Of a stretch of DNA of 64,000 bases, positions 1 through 13,110 are shown piece by piece. The notes under the pieces were generated by a model, which was not told the DNA's origin, made no database searches, and saw only the letters and a list, made by a program, of their open reading frames with translations. This DNA comes from Octopus vulgaris (lineage: Eukaryota). Position numbers and translations under genes: made by a program. Each line of letters starts with the position of its first letter. Positions within the stretch are counted from its first letter, which is position 1. Location: the NCBI GenBank assembly GCA_951406725.2, contig OX597817.1, positions 114,142,001 to 114,206,000 of the forward strand, read 5' to 3'.

Positions 1-35
1 TAATTTATACATATATATATATATATATAATGCGT

Positions 36-94
<59 letters not shown>

Positions 95-1074
95 ATGTGT
101 GCATTATGTGGTCGGTCGGTTCAGCTGAAAATATGCACACCTATGAACCCTTTCGTTACTATATTTCTGACCAAAATACACCCCTTATGTGTTTCAATTA
201 ATTTCTAACATAATCATAAAGTTAGTCTGGTTTCATTAAACAACTATAACTTTTTTATTTATTAATATATTAATGTGATTTTTGGAAGATAATTGAATGA
301 AATGTTCTCAACCAATTCTATACTATAATTTGCATGACAACTATTTTTTTCCTCAAATGAAAGGTGTGACCTCTAGGACAAAATTCCTCATCTTATAAAA
401 TGTGGCCCCAGTAGACCCAAATGAAATCGGGTTATATTAACCAAAAGGTGAAAAGGGGTATAAATGGGGCTGGAAGGGGATTAAAATTTAAAGGAGCGAG
501 TGTTTAGGAATTCTCTGTTACATCAAGCTAAAAAATTTGCGCCAGCCTTTTAATCTTCAATGTGTTGCCGTCCATGATGAAGAGGTTTTGAATGCTTGCC
601 ATGGTGAGTCTACTGTTGTGAGAAAGAATCACTTCAAAACTTGGTGTTTACGAATTTTCTTTTACATCAAGTTCAAAATTTTATGCCAGCCGTTAAACTG
701 TCAATACGTTGCTGTCCGTCGTTAAGAAATGCCTGTCATGGTGACTCTACTATCCTCAGATTCTATCCCTTCAAACTTTGCTTTCCAATATTTTATTATT
801 TTTATTCAGCTCGCAAGTTCGTCTGTCCCTTTTAAATGTTAGCGTTTTGCTGTCTGCCTTGAAGCAGACCTTTCCGTTGCCACTGCCTGATATTTATGAT
901 TGATCTTTCTAAATATTTTATTTCTCAACTTAATCAAGATCTTTTGTTGTTTATAAATGGGAGAGAGATAGATAAAGATAGAGTGTAAGAAAAAGCGAGG
1001 GAGAGTCCGAGAGAAAAGAAAAGTAAGAGAGTGGGAAAGTGAGAGAGAAAGGAGAGAGAAACAAAGAGGGAGAA

Positions 1075-1385
1075 TCATCATCATCATCATCATCGTTTAA
1101 CGTCCGTTTTCCGTCCTAGCACAGGTTGGACAGTTTGACTGGGGTCTGGGAAGCCAGGAGGCTGCACCAGGCTCCAGTCTGATCTGGCAGTGTTTCTACA
1201 GGTGGATGACCTTCCTAACGCCAACCACTCTGTGAGTGTAGTGGGTGCTTTTTTCGTGCCGCCGGCACAGGTGCCAGGGGGCTCGCAGTGGCAATGATCG
1301 GTTGGTGCTTTTTACGTGCCACTGGCACAGAAGCCAGTCAAAGCGGCGCTGCAATCGGCCACGTTCGGATGGTGCTTTTACGTGC
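1075..1385 (-). mobile_element. RTE LINE 3' UTR / RTE-tail repeat with (GAT)n tail
   Basis: (CAT)n followed by cgtttaacgtccg...ggatgaccttcctaacgccaaccactc. The same tail recurs at more than 12 sites and is joined directly to RTE-like coding at 29304-29822. Confidence 0.7.
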
Positions 1386-1546
1386 TGAAAGGAAGCAACA
1401 GAAAATAACAACCACACTCTTACCCGCGCGTAGAGCAAGTCACCTTCAGCTAGTATATATATATATATACACACACATATGTATGTGTATCTCTTTCTCT
1501 CCCTTCCCTTTGTCTATCTATCTATCTATCTATCTGCCTGACTTTC

Positions 1547-1621
<75 letters not shown>

Positions 1622-1799
1622 ATAAATAATATATGGGCTTCTTTCAGTTTCTGTCTGCAAAATCTACAAGGCTTTGGTTGGCCTGGGGCTATAATAGATG
1701 ACACTTGCCCAAAGTGGTCTGGCAGTGGGACTTAAACTGCAACAATCTGCTTGGGAAGCAGTGGTTTATCCTGTGTGTGTGTGTGTGTGTGTGTGTGAC

Positions 1800-2215
1800 A
1801 CAACATCCTCAGCTTTAACAGATCACTTTCTTTGCCCTGGGCACCTTTCCTAGGTTCTACCTCTTGTATTTTTTTCTCCTTTATCCCAAATCTCTCTATA
1901 CTTTCTGTGTTGCTTACCATTGAAAGCCTCTCCTTTTCACACGCATATATACATGCCCAGTTATACATACACACATGCACGTATCAAACCATTCTCAACT
2001 AACATAGTCAAGATTTCGGCTATATGTCTTACTCAATATCTTTGACACTTCACCTACTCTGAAGATGCTATATATTTCCCAACAAAATCATCCACTCCAA
2101 TTGCTGCAAATATATCAATTAATTTCCCATCATTTCCTTACCATATAACATCACAGTTTTTGCACAAGCCTCATATAGTTTGTACTTTAAGAGAGGACTT
2201 TTGTTGCCATAACAG
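1800..2215 (-). pseudogene. Degenerate RTE-clade LINE ORF2 3' fragment
   Basis: Minus translation has KYKLYEACAKTVMLYG, matching the RTE post-RT 'KLY..CV...MLYG.E.W' motif; frameshifted. Confidence 0.5.
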
Positions 2216-2699
2216 TTAGCAGTTTACATATCCTTTTTTTGCAATTTATCAGCACTGTAGTCAGACATTGTGCTTGCTTATGACATATGTATATGTGTTT
2301 GTGTATTTCTTTGTATTTGTTCGTAGACGTATGTTTCTATAAGCACCATATATATATGTGTGTATATATATATATATGTGTGTATGAGTGTGTGTGTATA
2401 TATATGTGTGTATATATATATGTATATATGAATCTTTTCCTTTTGAACGGCAGTTTTCAACAAAGTTTCTAGTTAACTAAACACTTTTAAACTTCTTATA
2501 CTGGTAGAATGTGTCAAAATAAAACATTTTTTTCTCTTGGCTTTCTTGAGAAAATTGTAATTTGTAAGTTTAACGTAGTTTAATTTTTCGAATTTTAACC
2601 AATCGATGGCCTCTATTGAGCTAAAATCATTTGCTGCGTCTAAAACTGAGACAACATGAGAAAACTGATGCACGAGAGAACATGCTGTATATCACAAAA

Positions 2700-3085
2700 G
2701 GGGACCTTTGTGACCATGCATGTGGCTGAGTAGACCTGCCTTTGTGAAGCTGACATGACCAGCACTGGTCACATGCAAGACACTCTTTCTTGCTTTTCTT
2801 AGGGAGAGGGATCACATTCTCCATAGATTTACCAGCATGATTCAACTCAGTGTATGCAACACTGTTGTTGTTGAATTCTTTAACACCAGTACCAATCAGA
2901 TTCCTCCCTCCAGAAGCCCCTATCTGATGCAAGATCTTCCCAGGTGTTAGTAGTGATATTGATCTTTTTAAGTGTGTCTTGAAAATCCTTTTTGAAATGC
3001 TTGCATGGCTTGCACTGGGGACATTTTCCTTGCTCCATCTCACTATACAACACTAAGAACTGGTTGACTAGACCCTCTAAGTTGA
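2700..3085 (-). pseudogene. Degenerate RTE/BovB-type LINE C-terminus
   Basis: Minus ORF 2627-3043 has KRIFKTHLKRS...GVKEF...CLACDQC, resembling the RTE C-terminal 'R.KD.LK' segment and zinc finger. Confidence 0.5.
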
Positions 3086-3393
3086 TGTTTCATAATCATG
3101 TCCTTAACACTCATCATTTTTACCTTTCACACACACACACGCACGCACACACACATGCACGCACGCACACACACACGCACGCACACACACACGCACGCAC
3201 ACACACACGCACACACACACGCACGCACACACACTGCGTTTTCATATAGTTTCCATGTACTAAACTTCACTCAGATGTAATCAACTAGCCAGAAGCCATA
3301 ATTGAATATATGTGCTGAAACTACCACACAATGGGACAGAACTCAAAACCATGTGGTTACAAAACAAACTTTATAACTGCAGCCATATTATGT

Positions 3394-3425
<32 letters not shown>

Positions 3426-3670
3426 TTTAATGTTTACTTTTTTCTTCTTGTCTCAGTTAGATAGAGTTTGCTAAGGTACATTTTCTATGCTGGATGCCCT
3501 TCCTGTCACCAACCTACACTTGTTTACAAGCAAAGTAATATTTCCCTTAGGACAGACACATTTTCATGAAAGATTGGAAATTAATGACAGTGCCTGTATG
3601 ATAGTGATGCTCATTTAAAAAAAATATCATGCAATGTCCAGAGAAGGAAATACAAACACATGCATACATA

Positions 3671-4562
3671 TGTGGTCTGATCAATAAGTATCCAGACTGT
3701 TGCCATAGTAACAAAGTGAAAGCATGCAGAGAGAAGCCGCTTATCACAGATTGGCCTTTAGCTCTGCTGTGCATGTGCACTGTTTTAACATTCTCGCTCA
3801 CTTCTGCTGTTTACAGCAGTGCTTGGAAGGAAGGTGTGTAGCGTGTGATTGTCGCATTGACCATGACAGAGTAAGTTGAGCAAAGAATCTGCATCAAATT
3901 TTTTCCAAAAACTTGATGATACTTACTCAGAGGCTAACACAAAGTTTTCAAAGAAAGCTTTCATCGTTCTTGACACTGTCAAGGAGATTTTGTGCAACTG
4001 AAACCTGAGTGCCTCTTTGGTCACCTGAAAGCAGTTTTGGTACAGACTTGGCAAACACGCATCTCATACCTGAATCTTCAGTGATAATGGACTGAACTGA
4101 ACTATAACTAATCTGCACATCCTTAGATAACTCACAGATGGTGATTCGACGATTTCCTCTCACAGCTGTATGCACGTCTGTGCTGTTTTTCTCAGTTCTG
4201 CTGGTTGTGGGTCTCCCAAAACGTTCGTTAATTTTGACATTTTTCCAGCCATCTTAGAAGCATCTGAATCACTCATGCTCTTGTGTGCGGCTCATGCACT
4301 CCACTCCTTACACTTTCTGCAACTTTGCATATGCCTCTGAGCAGGTATTGCCATGACAACTTTCTCTGTTATGGTCAATGCAACAATCACATGCTACACA
4401 CCTTCCTTCCAAGTACTGCTGTAAACAGCAGAAGTGAGTTAGAGTGTTAAAACTGTGCGCATGCACAGCATATTAAGGCCAATCTTTGCCAGGTGGCTTC
4501 ACTCTGCATGCTTTAGCTTCATTACTATGACAACAATTCAGATATTTATTGATCAGGCCTTA
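3671..4562. mobile_element. Non-autonomous mariner made of two inverted 5' ends (foldback)
   Basis: TA-flanked ends ggtctgatcaataa/ttattgatcaggcc. About 200+ bp long inverted arms. Minus ORF 3948-4175 (NRRITICELS..VQISYSSVQSIITED.GMRCV.AK.VPKLL) is the mariner HTH-linker region. Confidence 0.85.
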
Positions 4563-4729
4563 TAAATAAAGGTTGGTTTTTTTTCTGTTTCTATTCTATT
4601 ATATCTTGAGGCTTTGGTTGACCTGGCATTAAAGTAGAAGACACCTAAGGTGCCATATGGTGCATTTAAACCTGGAACTATATACATGGGAAGCAGATTT
4701 CTTAACCATGCAACCATGCCTTTTCTTCT

Positions 4730-5052
4730 AACACCCACTTCCCTCATGAATGACCATGGGATTGCACCTAGAAAGTTTCCTTCTGAGGCACAAGTCCGAG
4801 CAAGGTTGTTCATGGAAGATCAGCCATTGTTCATGTGTAACAGCCTCCCTCTCCACACCACAAGGGAAAGGCAAAGGCTGATACAGCCTGGCACTGGTGA
4901 CGTTGTAATGCATTTCCACAGCTGAGTAAACTGGAGCAGCTTGATATAAAATGTCTTGCTCAAGAACACAACACACAGCCTGGTTCGGGAATTGAACTCA
5001 CTACCTCATGATTATGACCCCAACACTCTAACCTCTCAGCCATGTGTCTTCA
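4730..5052 (-). mobile_element. tRNA-derived SINE with CORE-like domain (family B)
   Basis: Minus strand has A/B boxes then cttgagcaagacatttt...ctccagtttactcagctg. Related copies at 11742-11985 (+), 38075-38383 (+) and 51690-51830 (-). Confidence 0.75.
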
Positions 5053-5379
5053 CTATATGTATGTATATATATCTATATACTTATATTTGTCTGTCTGTCT
5101 GATGGTAGTTTCTTAAAATCCAAGAAAGACAGTTTTGCTTCTTGTTAACCTGCATAAATGATTTGTTTATAGTGATCAAATATATGTACCATACTTTAGC
5201 TCACACCTGCCATCAAACCGATATTGCCCAAGCAAATGCATGGTGTGCCACACGTCAGGTGTCAAAGTGATCACAAAGTAACGTCAGGTAAAGTGTTTTG
5301 TTCAAGAACACACCACATCACCCCAGTCCAGGAATTGAAACCACAATCTCTACAATGTATATGTATATATATATTTTAT

Positions 5380-5790
5380 AGGCATAGGAGTGGCTGTGTG
5401 GTAAGTAGCTTGCTTACCAACCACATGGTTCCAGGCTCAGTCCCACTGCGTGGCACCTTGGGCAAGTGTCTTCTACTATAGCCTCGGGCTGACCAAAGCC
5501 TTGTGAGTGGATTTGGTAGACAGAAACTGAAAGAAGCCCATCGTATATATGTATATATATATATATGTATTGTGTGTGTATATATTTGTGTGTCTGTGTT
5601 TGTCCACAACATCACTTGACAACCGATGCTGGTGTGTTTATGTCCCCGTAACTTAGCGGTTCGGTAAAAGAGACCAATAGAATAAGTACTAGGCTTACAA
5701 AGAATAAGTCCTGGGGTCAATTTGCTCGACTAAAGGTGGTGCTCCAGCATGGCCACAGTCAAATGACTGAAACAAGGAAAAGAGTAAAAC
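5380..5790 (+). mobile_element. Full-length tRNA-derived SINE (family A, octopus OR/OK-like)
   Basis: A box tggctgtgtgg, B-box-like ggctcagtccc, ccttgggcaagtg, internal (TA)/(TG) tract, tail gactgaaacaag-aaaagagtaaaa. About 20 copies in the window. Confidence 0.88.
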
Positions 5791-6629
5791 AGTATATGCA
5801 GAAATGTATGAAGAGAGATGTGCGCTCAACAAGCCTCAGTGTAGGTTACCCATCAAGGAAATTCTGATACAGAGAAGAATGTATCTTTAGTCGGCAGAAA
5901 TCCTCTTGATAAAATTTATAATGCAGTATATTATGTTAAATAACATTATTTAGAATTGTAAATAATGATTTAACTTCAGTGCTATGTGTTTACCACTCAA
6001 ATAAACTTGATATAATATCTTTTAGTAAAGTGTATACATAAGTAATATACCATGTATCGTATTTTAAACAAACTCTAGTTTATAGATAAAAAGAAAAACA
6101 CTTCCCTTAGATAACAGTCTGATATTGAAATATCTGAATAAATAACATTCAATTAATTATTAGTCTCAAAAGTTCCATTTGAAAAAAAGATTATTCATTA
6201 TAAGCTCCATTATAATTTATTTCAGTATCCTGTGAATCACTCCTTCCACTAAAATAGATTCCCCACCTTTCTTTAGCACATTTTAGTACATTTTTCTTTT
6301 TCATCTAACCCACACCTTTTTTTTTGCTTTTCTTTACACAGTAAATACTTCATAATCCCAATTGATCTCTCTATTATTGTTTTCCTTATCTCTTATCTTT
6401 ACTATTCTATTTGTCTATACCATAAAAACTGGTATACTTTTGCAAATACTCATCTTACTCATTCTTTATTCGGTTTGAAATGCCTATGGTCATACTCAAA
6501 GGTTAACAGTTATCATTTTCCTGCCAGAATAATATATTCTACAAAATATATTGACTTCGTTCCTCAGTTGCTATTTTATGTTTGTTTCTTGGTGCAAAAT
6601 AGAAGGCTTATATATATATATATATATAT

Positions 6630-6838
6630 TCAAAATGTCACCGTGTGTGTACCGTTGGCAATTTTTTTCCTCTGTCTTCCCTTCTCTGGATCTTTCCTTC
6701 TCCTATGTTTCCGACGAAGAGCTCTGCTCGAAATGTTAAACCCTCCTTCTTTCCTTCTTTCCTGAGCGTCCAATAATACTATATTTGTTCCACGTCCTCG
6801 CGTTGTTGTTTTTTTGTGCTTTCATGTTTGGATTAACT
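6630..6838 (+). mobile_element. Short (TA)n-embedded element with a degenerate minimal hammerhead (6707-6741)
   Basis: GTTT-CCGACGA-A-GAGC(tct)GCTC-GAAA-TG-TT-AAAC; core U4 changed to C; (TA)n on both sides. Confidence 0.6.
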
Positions 6839-6859
6839 ATATATATATATATATATATA

Positions 6860-7075
6860 AAACGGGAAGGTTTATGAAAATAAACAAAAGACGAAGGCAG
6901 GTGGAGTACAAACAAACAATTGTATTAGTATGGCGCCCAGGAATAGAAATAGAACAAGTCTTTTACGTTTCGAGCCTACGCTCCACGACAGAAAGATACA
7001 CAGAAAAGAAACAAGGAGAGAAACAAGGAGAGAAACAAGGAGAGAAACAAGGAGAGAAAAAAGATGCGTGTAGGG
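6860..7075 (-). mobile_element. Short (TA)n-associated element with a hammerhead-variant motif (6958-6996)
   Basis: Minus: TCTTT-CTGTCGT-G-GAGC(gtag)GCTC-GAAA-CG-TA-AAAGA. Also a 12-bp tandem (aaacaaggagag)x4. Paralogs at 27545-27720 and 47143-47335. Confidence 0.6.
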
Positions 7076-7571
7076 CTCTTTTATTAAAGCTGTGAAAATC
7101 TTCATAGATTGTTACTCAGAGTTTCATGTAACTGTTTATTGGACAGTTGTAACTCACAATGACCAGTGACTTCATCTGGGACTGAAAATTTTTTAACTAA
7201 TTAAAGATTCCTGGCCTGTGATTAAACCACCTGTTACCGTAAGGCCCTTGAGCATTCCAATTTTGATCATAACTTTTTATGCTTCAATCTATATTGGTAT
7301 TAGTATTAAGTACACCTTACCCACTGTTCTTATGTACATACATATGTGTGTGTATGTGTGTGTGTGTTTATTTAATAACAGTTTGACTCAGCTCTGTATG
7401 TGGCATATAGGACTGACCAATCACATCAGATATCAGCAGAAGAAAAAAGTATATGTAACATCTACCAAATGTGTTGAGTATCATTTTCTTTCATTTGTCT
7501 ACTCACTCATGTGTGTATATATACATATGTGTGTGTGTGTGTGTATGTGTGTGTATATATATATATAGTAT

Positions 7572-7972
7572 TCTTTTTTCTTTTACTTGTTTCAGTCATT
7601 TGATAATCCCATGCTTGAGCACCACCTTTAGTCGAACAAATTGACCCCAAGACTTATTCTATCAGTTTGTTTTGCTGAACCACTAAGTCATGGAGATGTA
7701 AACATACCAAGCGATGGTGGGAGGCACAAACACACACATACGCACACACGCGCGCACGTGCATCCATCCATCCATCCATCCATCCATCAATCCATCAATC
7801 AATCAATCAATCAATCAATCAGACCTCTTTCCGCTTCTGTCGACAAAATCCACTCACAAGTTTTTGGTTGGCCTGTAGGTATAGTAGAAGACACTTGCCC
7901 AAAGTGCCATGCAGTGGGACTGAACCTGGAACCATGTGGTTGGGAAGCAAGCTTCTTACCACACAGCCACAC
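7572..7972 (-). mobile_element. Family A SINE
   Basis: Reverse complement of the 5380-5790 element, diverged. Confidence 0.8.
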
Positions 7973-9010
7973 TAAAGTATTATGGATTTTTTAGTTTTTA
8001 TTTTGTTGTTGAAGGTGTTGTACATATATATATATATATATATATGCAAATATATTCATGTATCAAATATGATCTTTTACACACACACACACACACACAC
8101 ACAGAAACACATATTTAAAATGTAAATATGATAAACATGAAAAAGAACAACACAGAAAGAAGAAAGTTTAATGCTTTAATACTAAAAGAAAGTGTCTTAA
8201 CATTTTGGATGTTATTCCTTTCGCAGGAAAAAGCAAAATAAGAGCAGCACAAAGGGTGTGAGAAAGAGAAATAATTGTAGAAAAATTATAAAAGCAAACA
8301 GGCGAAGGGTTAGAAACCAGGTGGGGATGCTGTTCTATGGAGGGAAGTTAAGAAGAGAGAAATGGATGTAACCGAGCTGCATGTGGAAGAGTGTATTTGT
8401 GTCTGAAAGTGGGCATAAGGCAGAGGTGGTTGCGTGTGTCTGTTACTGAGGTATGGTGTGTATGGAGGTGTGGAACTACTGTGGCATGTTTAGTATTGGT
8501 GTGCATATGTAGGGTGGTAGGAAAGCATGTATATGAAGAGATGCAAGTGTGACGAAGTAAAGTATTGATGAAGTACATAGGACAGCAAGAGCAAAGATGG
8601 GGGGGGTGTTATTGGTATGTATGCGAGTGTATAACAGAAGTAAGTAAGGGTGTGAAAACATTTCTTAATAAAGGGGAAAAGTTTGAAGTAAAATTTGAAA
8701 GTGAGAGAGAGACAAATGTATGAATTTTATGAAAGAGAAGAAAAGCCCGAAAGAAATTGGTAAAAATTACACAGCTATACTAAAAGATCTAAAGAGTTTG
8801 GTAGAACATTCAGAAGATGGTGAGAAACTAGTAAAATCCATGAAAAGAAGTGATAATGACAAAAAAGTTAGAATCCACAAGGAAAAAAATAACTGACGAA
8901 GAGGTGAAGAAAAAGAGCCATATGTAATACAAATGGCATAGAAGGAAAATGGCAGAGGGAACAGTCTCTCTCTCTCTCTCTCTTGATACATGTGTGTGTA
9001 TGTGTGTGTA

Positions 9011-9082
<72 letters not shown>

Positions 9083-9084
<2 letters not shown>

Positions 9085-9370
9085 GAGGCGCAATGGCCCA
9101 GTGGTTAGGGCAGTGGACTCATGGTCGTAGGATCGCGATTCCCAGACCGGGCGTTGTGAGTGTTTATTGAGCGAAAACACCTAAAACCTCCACGACGCTC
9201 CGGCAAGGGGTGGTGATCCCTGTTGTACTCTTTCACCACTCTTTCTTCTGTTGGCCTGCTCGCTTAGCTAGCGGGGTGACGTCATTCAAAGGCTAAAACA
9301 ATGCGAACGCATTGTGACCAGCGATGTGTAACAACATCTGATGGTCTGGTCGGTCATGTGATCACGTGAT
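9083..9370 (+). mobile_element. tRNA-derived SINE (family C) flanked by (TG)n/(TA)n
   Basis: A box tggcccagtgg, eroded B box, tail ggtcggtcatgtgatcacgtga-(TA)n. Second copy at 27205-27495 (-). Confidence 0.8.
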
Positions 9371-9389
9371 ATATATATATATATATATA

Positions 9390-9861
9390 TGAGGTGTATT
9401 TCAGAAGTTTTGAAACTTTTTTTGGCAGTTATAACTGTCCTGTATTATTGTAATTTTAGTATATCATTACTATAATAAGCTGACTAGCCAACGTTTGTTA
9501 TTCCAGATTAAACACTACTTGTCACAGCAGACTAATTTGTAGATTGCGGTCAGAGTGTGAAAACGATTTGAAAGTTCACTATGTAATGAAGTTTTGTGTT
9601 AAACTGGGCAAAAACACTATAAAAACTTATGAAATGTTCCAGACTGCTTATTGATTGACTTGTGTGAGCCAATCACCTGTTTTTTTGCTAGCACAAGAAG
9701 GCAGGTAAATCAAGTCCACCGGGAAGCAATGACGATTCCCTTTTTTGATAGCAAAGACATCATCTACATCTATTTAGTTCCCTCTGGCCAAGAAGCTTAA
9801 CAAGGAGTACTTTGTTGAGGTTTTGAGAGAGTTGAGGAAGGTATTTCATCACAAAAGTCCA
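9390..9861 (+). pseudogene. Internally deleted mariner transposon
   Basis: TA-tgaggtg start. Translation MKFCVKLGKNTIKTYEMFQTAY is fused to MTIPFFDSKDIIYIYLVPSGQ..NKEYFVEVLREL; both are mariner transposase blocks. Confidence 0.75.
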
Positions 9862-10021
9862 GGCGTAGGAGTGTTTGTGTGGTAAGTAGCTTGCTTACGA
9901 ACCACATGGTTCCGGGTTCAGTCCCACTGCGTGGCACCTTGGGCAAGTGTCTTCTATAGCCTCGGACTGACCAAAGCCTTGTGAGTGGATTTGGTAGACG
10001 GAAACTGAAAGAAGCTCATCG

Positions 10022-10062
<41 letters not shown>

Positions 10063-10118
10063 GTGTGTGTGTATGTTTGTCTGTCTGTTTTTGTCCCCTC
10101 TACATTGCTTGACAACCA
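9862..10118 (+). mobile_element. Family A SINE, 3'-truncated, abutting the mariner
   Basis: ggcgtaggagtg...gggttcagtccc...gaaagaagc. Confidence 0.85.
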
Positions 10119-10433
10119 ATATATATATATATATATATATTGGAAGGTTTGGAGATGATGTACAGGTATTTTATATTAGAAGAAATGAGGTACTCAGAAA
10201 ATCGGATGGATTATATTTACAGATATTTATTTGTATATTACATTTTTTATACATCATATAACTTAGATCATGTATTAGCGCTTTCTCCCATTCTAGTGGA
10301 GTTTTCAAATCAAAATAAGTTCCTGTGTGAAGAGTTTTGACCATTTTATAGTGGTATTGAGTTTGTAGTGGTGGGGAGGAATATAAGACAGTACAAGAGG
10401 GTGATGGATGAGGAGAAAGTGAGAGAGAGAGCA

Positions 10434-10490
<57 letters not shown>

Positions 10491-10552
10491 ATGCGTGTGT
10501 GTGTGTGTGTTTTTGTATTTGGAATGAGTGCTATATATATAAATGTATATAT

Positions 10553-10809
10553 TTCAATATGAAGCAAATAGTTCAGGAGAAAATATTTGCGAAGATATTA
10601 TTGACTCTATTATTAAAAATGTAACAATTAAAGTGTAACAATTAAAAATGATAATAACAAAATCAGTAATATAGGCAATTTCAGGCCTAAAATAGCTGAA
10701 AGATTAAAATTAAGCAAAGGACATACTAAGTATGTCTACCTGTTGGAAATAACAGTCAAAACCCTTATTTCCAGCTGGTATACATACTTAATATGTCCTT
10801 TGATTAATT
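10553..10809. mobile_element. Partial copy of the 46458-47127 element with a short terminal inversion
   Basis: Shares gcaaata.ttcaggagaaaatatt...caaaggacatactaagtatg with 46460-46644. Hairpin arms at about 10708-10752 and 10765-10809. Confidence 0.7.
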
Positions 10810-11180
10810 GTGGATGTTAAATGATGGAGATGATGATGCAGTAATGTCATGGTGTTCAGTCGGAAATTCGTAGAGGTGGGTCGTGTGGCTTACATTGGGA
10901 AAGGTGTAGATTCTGAGAAATTGTGTGTCATTATCAATGTTATTGACCAAAACAGAGTATATATATATATAGGCACAAGCATAGGCATGTAGTGAAGAAG
11001 TTAGCTTTCAGAATCATATAGTTAAAGGTTCAATCCCACTGCATAGGGACACTATTGGCTGGTGTCCTCTACTATAACCATAGGTTGACTTGATCAATAC
11101 TTTGTGAATGAAACTGGTAAATGGACACTGGAAGGAACTTACTCTGTATGCGTGTGTCTGAGTTTTCATGTTTTCTTATC

Positions 11181-11220
<40 letters not shown>

Positions 11221-11741
11221 TGTGTGTGTGTGTGTGTGACTGAGTTCATATTCTCCCTTGTTTTGACACATATACACTGATTGTAAAAGATGCTTCACAG
11301 TACATGCTAATGGTGTCGTTTGTTATCAGTCGTCTACAGAAGCATTCTGAGGTTGTTTATTGTTCAATAGACTGGAGTCTTATTGATAAAACAGGTAAAA
11401 GATTGCATTAGAAAAGGATCTAGCTATAGAAAAGTCTGCCCCAAAAAGTCTCATCTGACTCGTGCAAGCATGGAAAAACGGACATTTAAATGATGATGAT
11501 GATGACGGTGATGAGGATCATGATGCATACACATGTACATGCACAAACTTTCTCTCTTACACATAGACACAGACAGACAGACAGACACACACACACACAA
11601 AAACACACATACACACACTACTGCATGGCACCTTGGGCAAGTGGCTTCCACTATAGTGGATCAACCAAAACGTTGCAAGTGGATTTGGTACATGGAGCTG
11701 AAAGAAGCTATTTGTATATGTATGTATATATGTATATGATG

Positions 11742-11985
11742 TGGAGGCACGTGGCTTAGTGGTTAGGGTGTCAGCATCATGATCATAAGATTGTGGTTTC
11801 AATTCCTGGACCGGGCGACGTGTTGCGTTCTTGAGCAAAATACTTCATTTCACGTTGCTCCAGTCCGCTCAGCTGGCAAAAATGAGTAATGCTGCAATGG
11901 ACTGGTGTCCCATCTAGCTGGGGAACACATACGCCATAGAAACCGGGCCCATGAGCCTGGCTAGGATTTAAAAGGGCTCAATTAT
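11742..11985 (+). mobile_element. Family B-related tRNA/CORE SINE
   Basis: tggcttagtgg A box, gtttcaattcc B box, cttgagcaaaatacttcatttcacgttgctccag. Confidence 0.8.
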
Positions 11986-12350
11986 TTTTTTATTTATATG
12001 TATATGAGTGTGTGTATGTTACTGTCTCTTTTACTTCATGTGATAGTTTTAACATGTCTGGTCATGGAGAACATTAACTTGTTTGGGAATAGGTGAGGGC
12101 GTTAACAGAAAGGGTGGTCAACTGTAGAAAATCTACCTCAATAACTTCCATTCGACTTGTGCGAGCATGGAAAAGTGGATGTTAAATGATGGTGATGATG
12201 ATGCTGATACAAATACATACATACATACATATGTTCATACAGACATTCACAAACACATATACAAATACATACACAAATTTACATATTACTACGAAAAGTT
12301 GTAAGATGAAACTGGAGTTCAATAATCAGTTGTATGTGTGTGTGTATGTA

Positions 12351-12383
<33 letters not shown>

Positions 12384-12709
12384 GCACACACACATGCTCA
12401 CATATATAGTAGGCAGATGCATACACTGTGAACAAAGGGGAAATTTTGTAGTCAGAATATAATTTAATAAAAATATCCAACCAGTGATATGTCCAATAGA
12501 GTAAACTCAATCAAATTTATTGATTTTCCTATCCATTTTGTTGAAAATTCATTACTGTTTTTGGTTTTTCTTTCTTTTCTCCAAAACATAAAATTATTAT
12601 TCTTCATGATGCCTGTTGCCTCTTGATTTTCCACTCTCCATTTATCTACTTTTCTACATTCCATCATGTTCTTTATATATTTTCCCAGGTATTTCTTTGG
12701 CTTCCTTCA

Positions 12710-12751
12710 TTTTTTTGTTTGTTTGTTTGTTTGTTTGTTTGTTTCTTTCCT

Positions 12752-12823
<72 letters not shown>

Positions 12824-12948
12824 TTGCTCTTCCTTTCTTTCTTTTGCTCTTTCACTCTCTCTCTCTCTCTTTCTCTCTTCCTTCCTTCCTTTCTTTCTTT
12901 TGTTTCATCTTTGGCCTCCACTTACAATTGGAAAGGTCATATTGTTGC

Positions 12949-12984
<36 letters not shown>

Positions 12985-13065
12985 GCTGCTACTACTACTA
13001 CTGCTGCTGCTGCTGCTCATAACTCATTAAAGTAAAAAGTTAGAAATTGTGATTGTAATGTTTTC

Positions 13066-13109
<44 letters not shown>

Positions 13110-13110
13110 G
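12710..13110. repeat. Compound microsatellite block (TTTG, TTTC, CT, CAT, CTA/CTG, TTA)
   Basis: Directly visible; explains the overlapping low-complexity ORFs. Confidence 0.95.

Noticed and set aside
8730-8900. Lys/Glu-rich short plus-strand reading frame
   Set aside because: Purine-rich low complexity, in-frame stops downstream, no splice signals or recognisable homology.
12616-13035. Overlapping 118-139 aa ORFs with poly-H/I/S
   Set aside because: Compound microsatellite.
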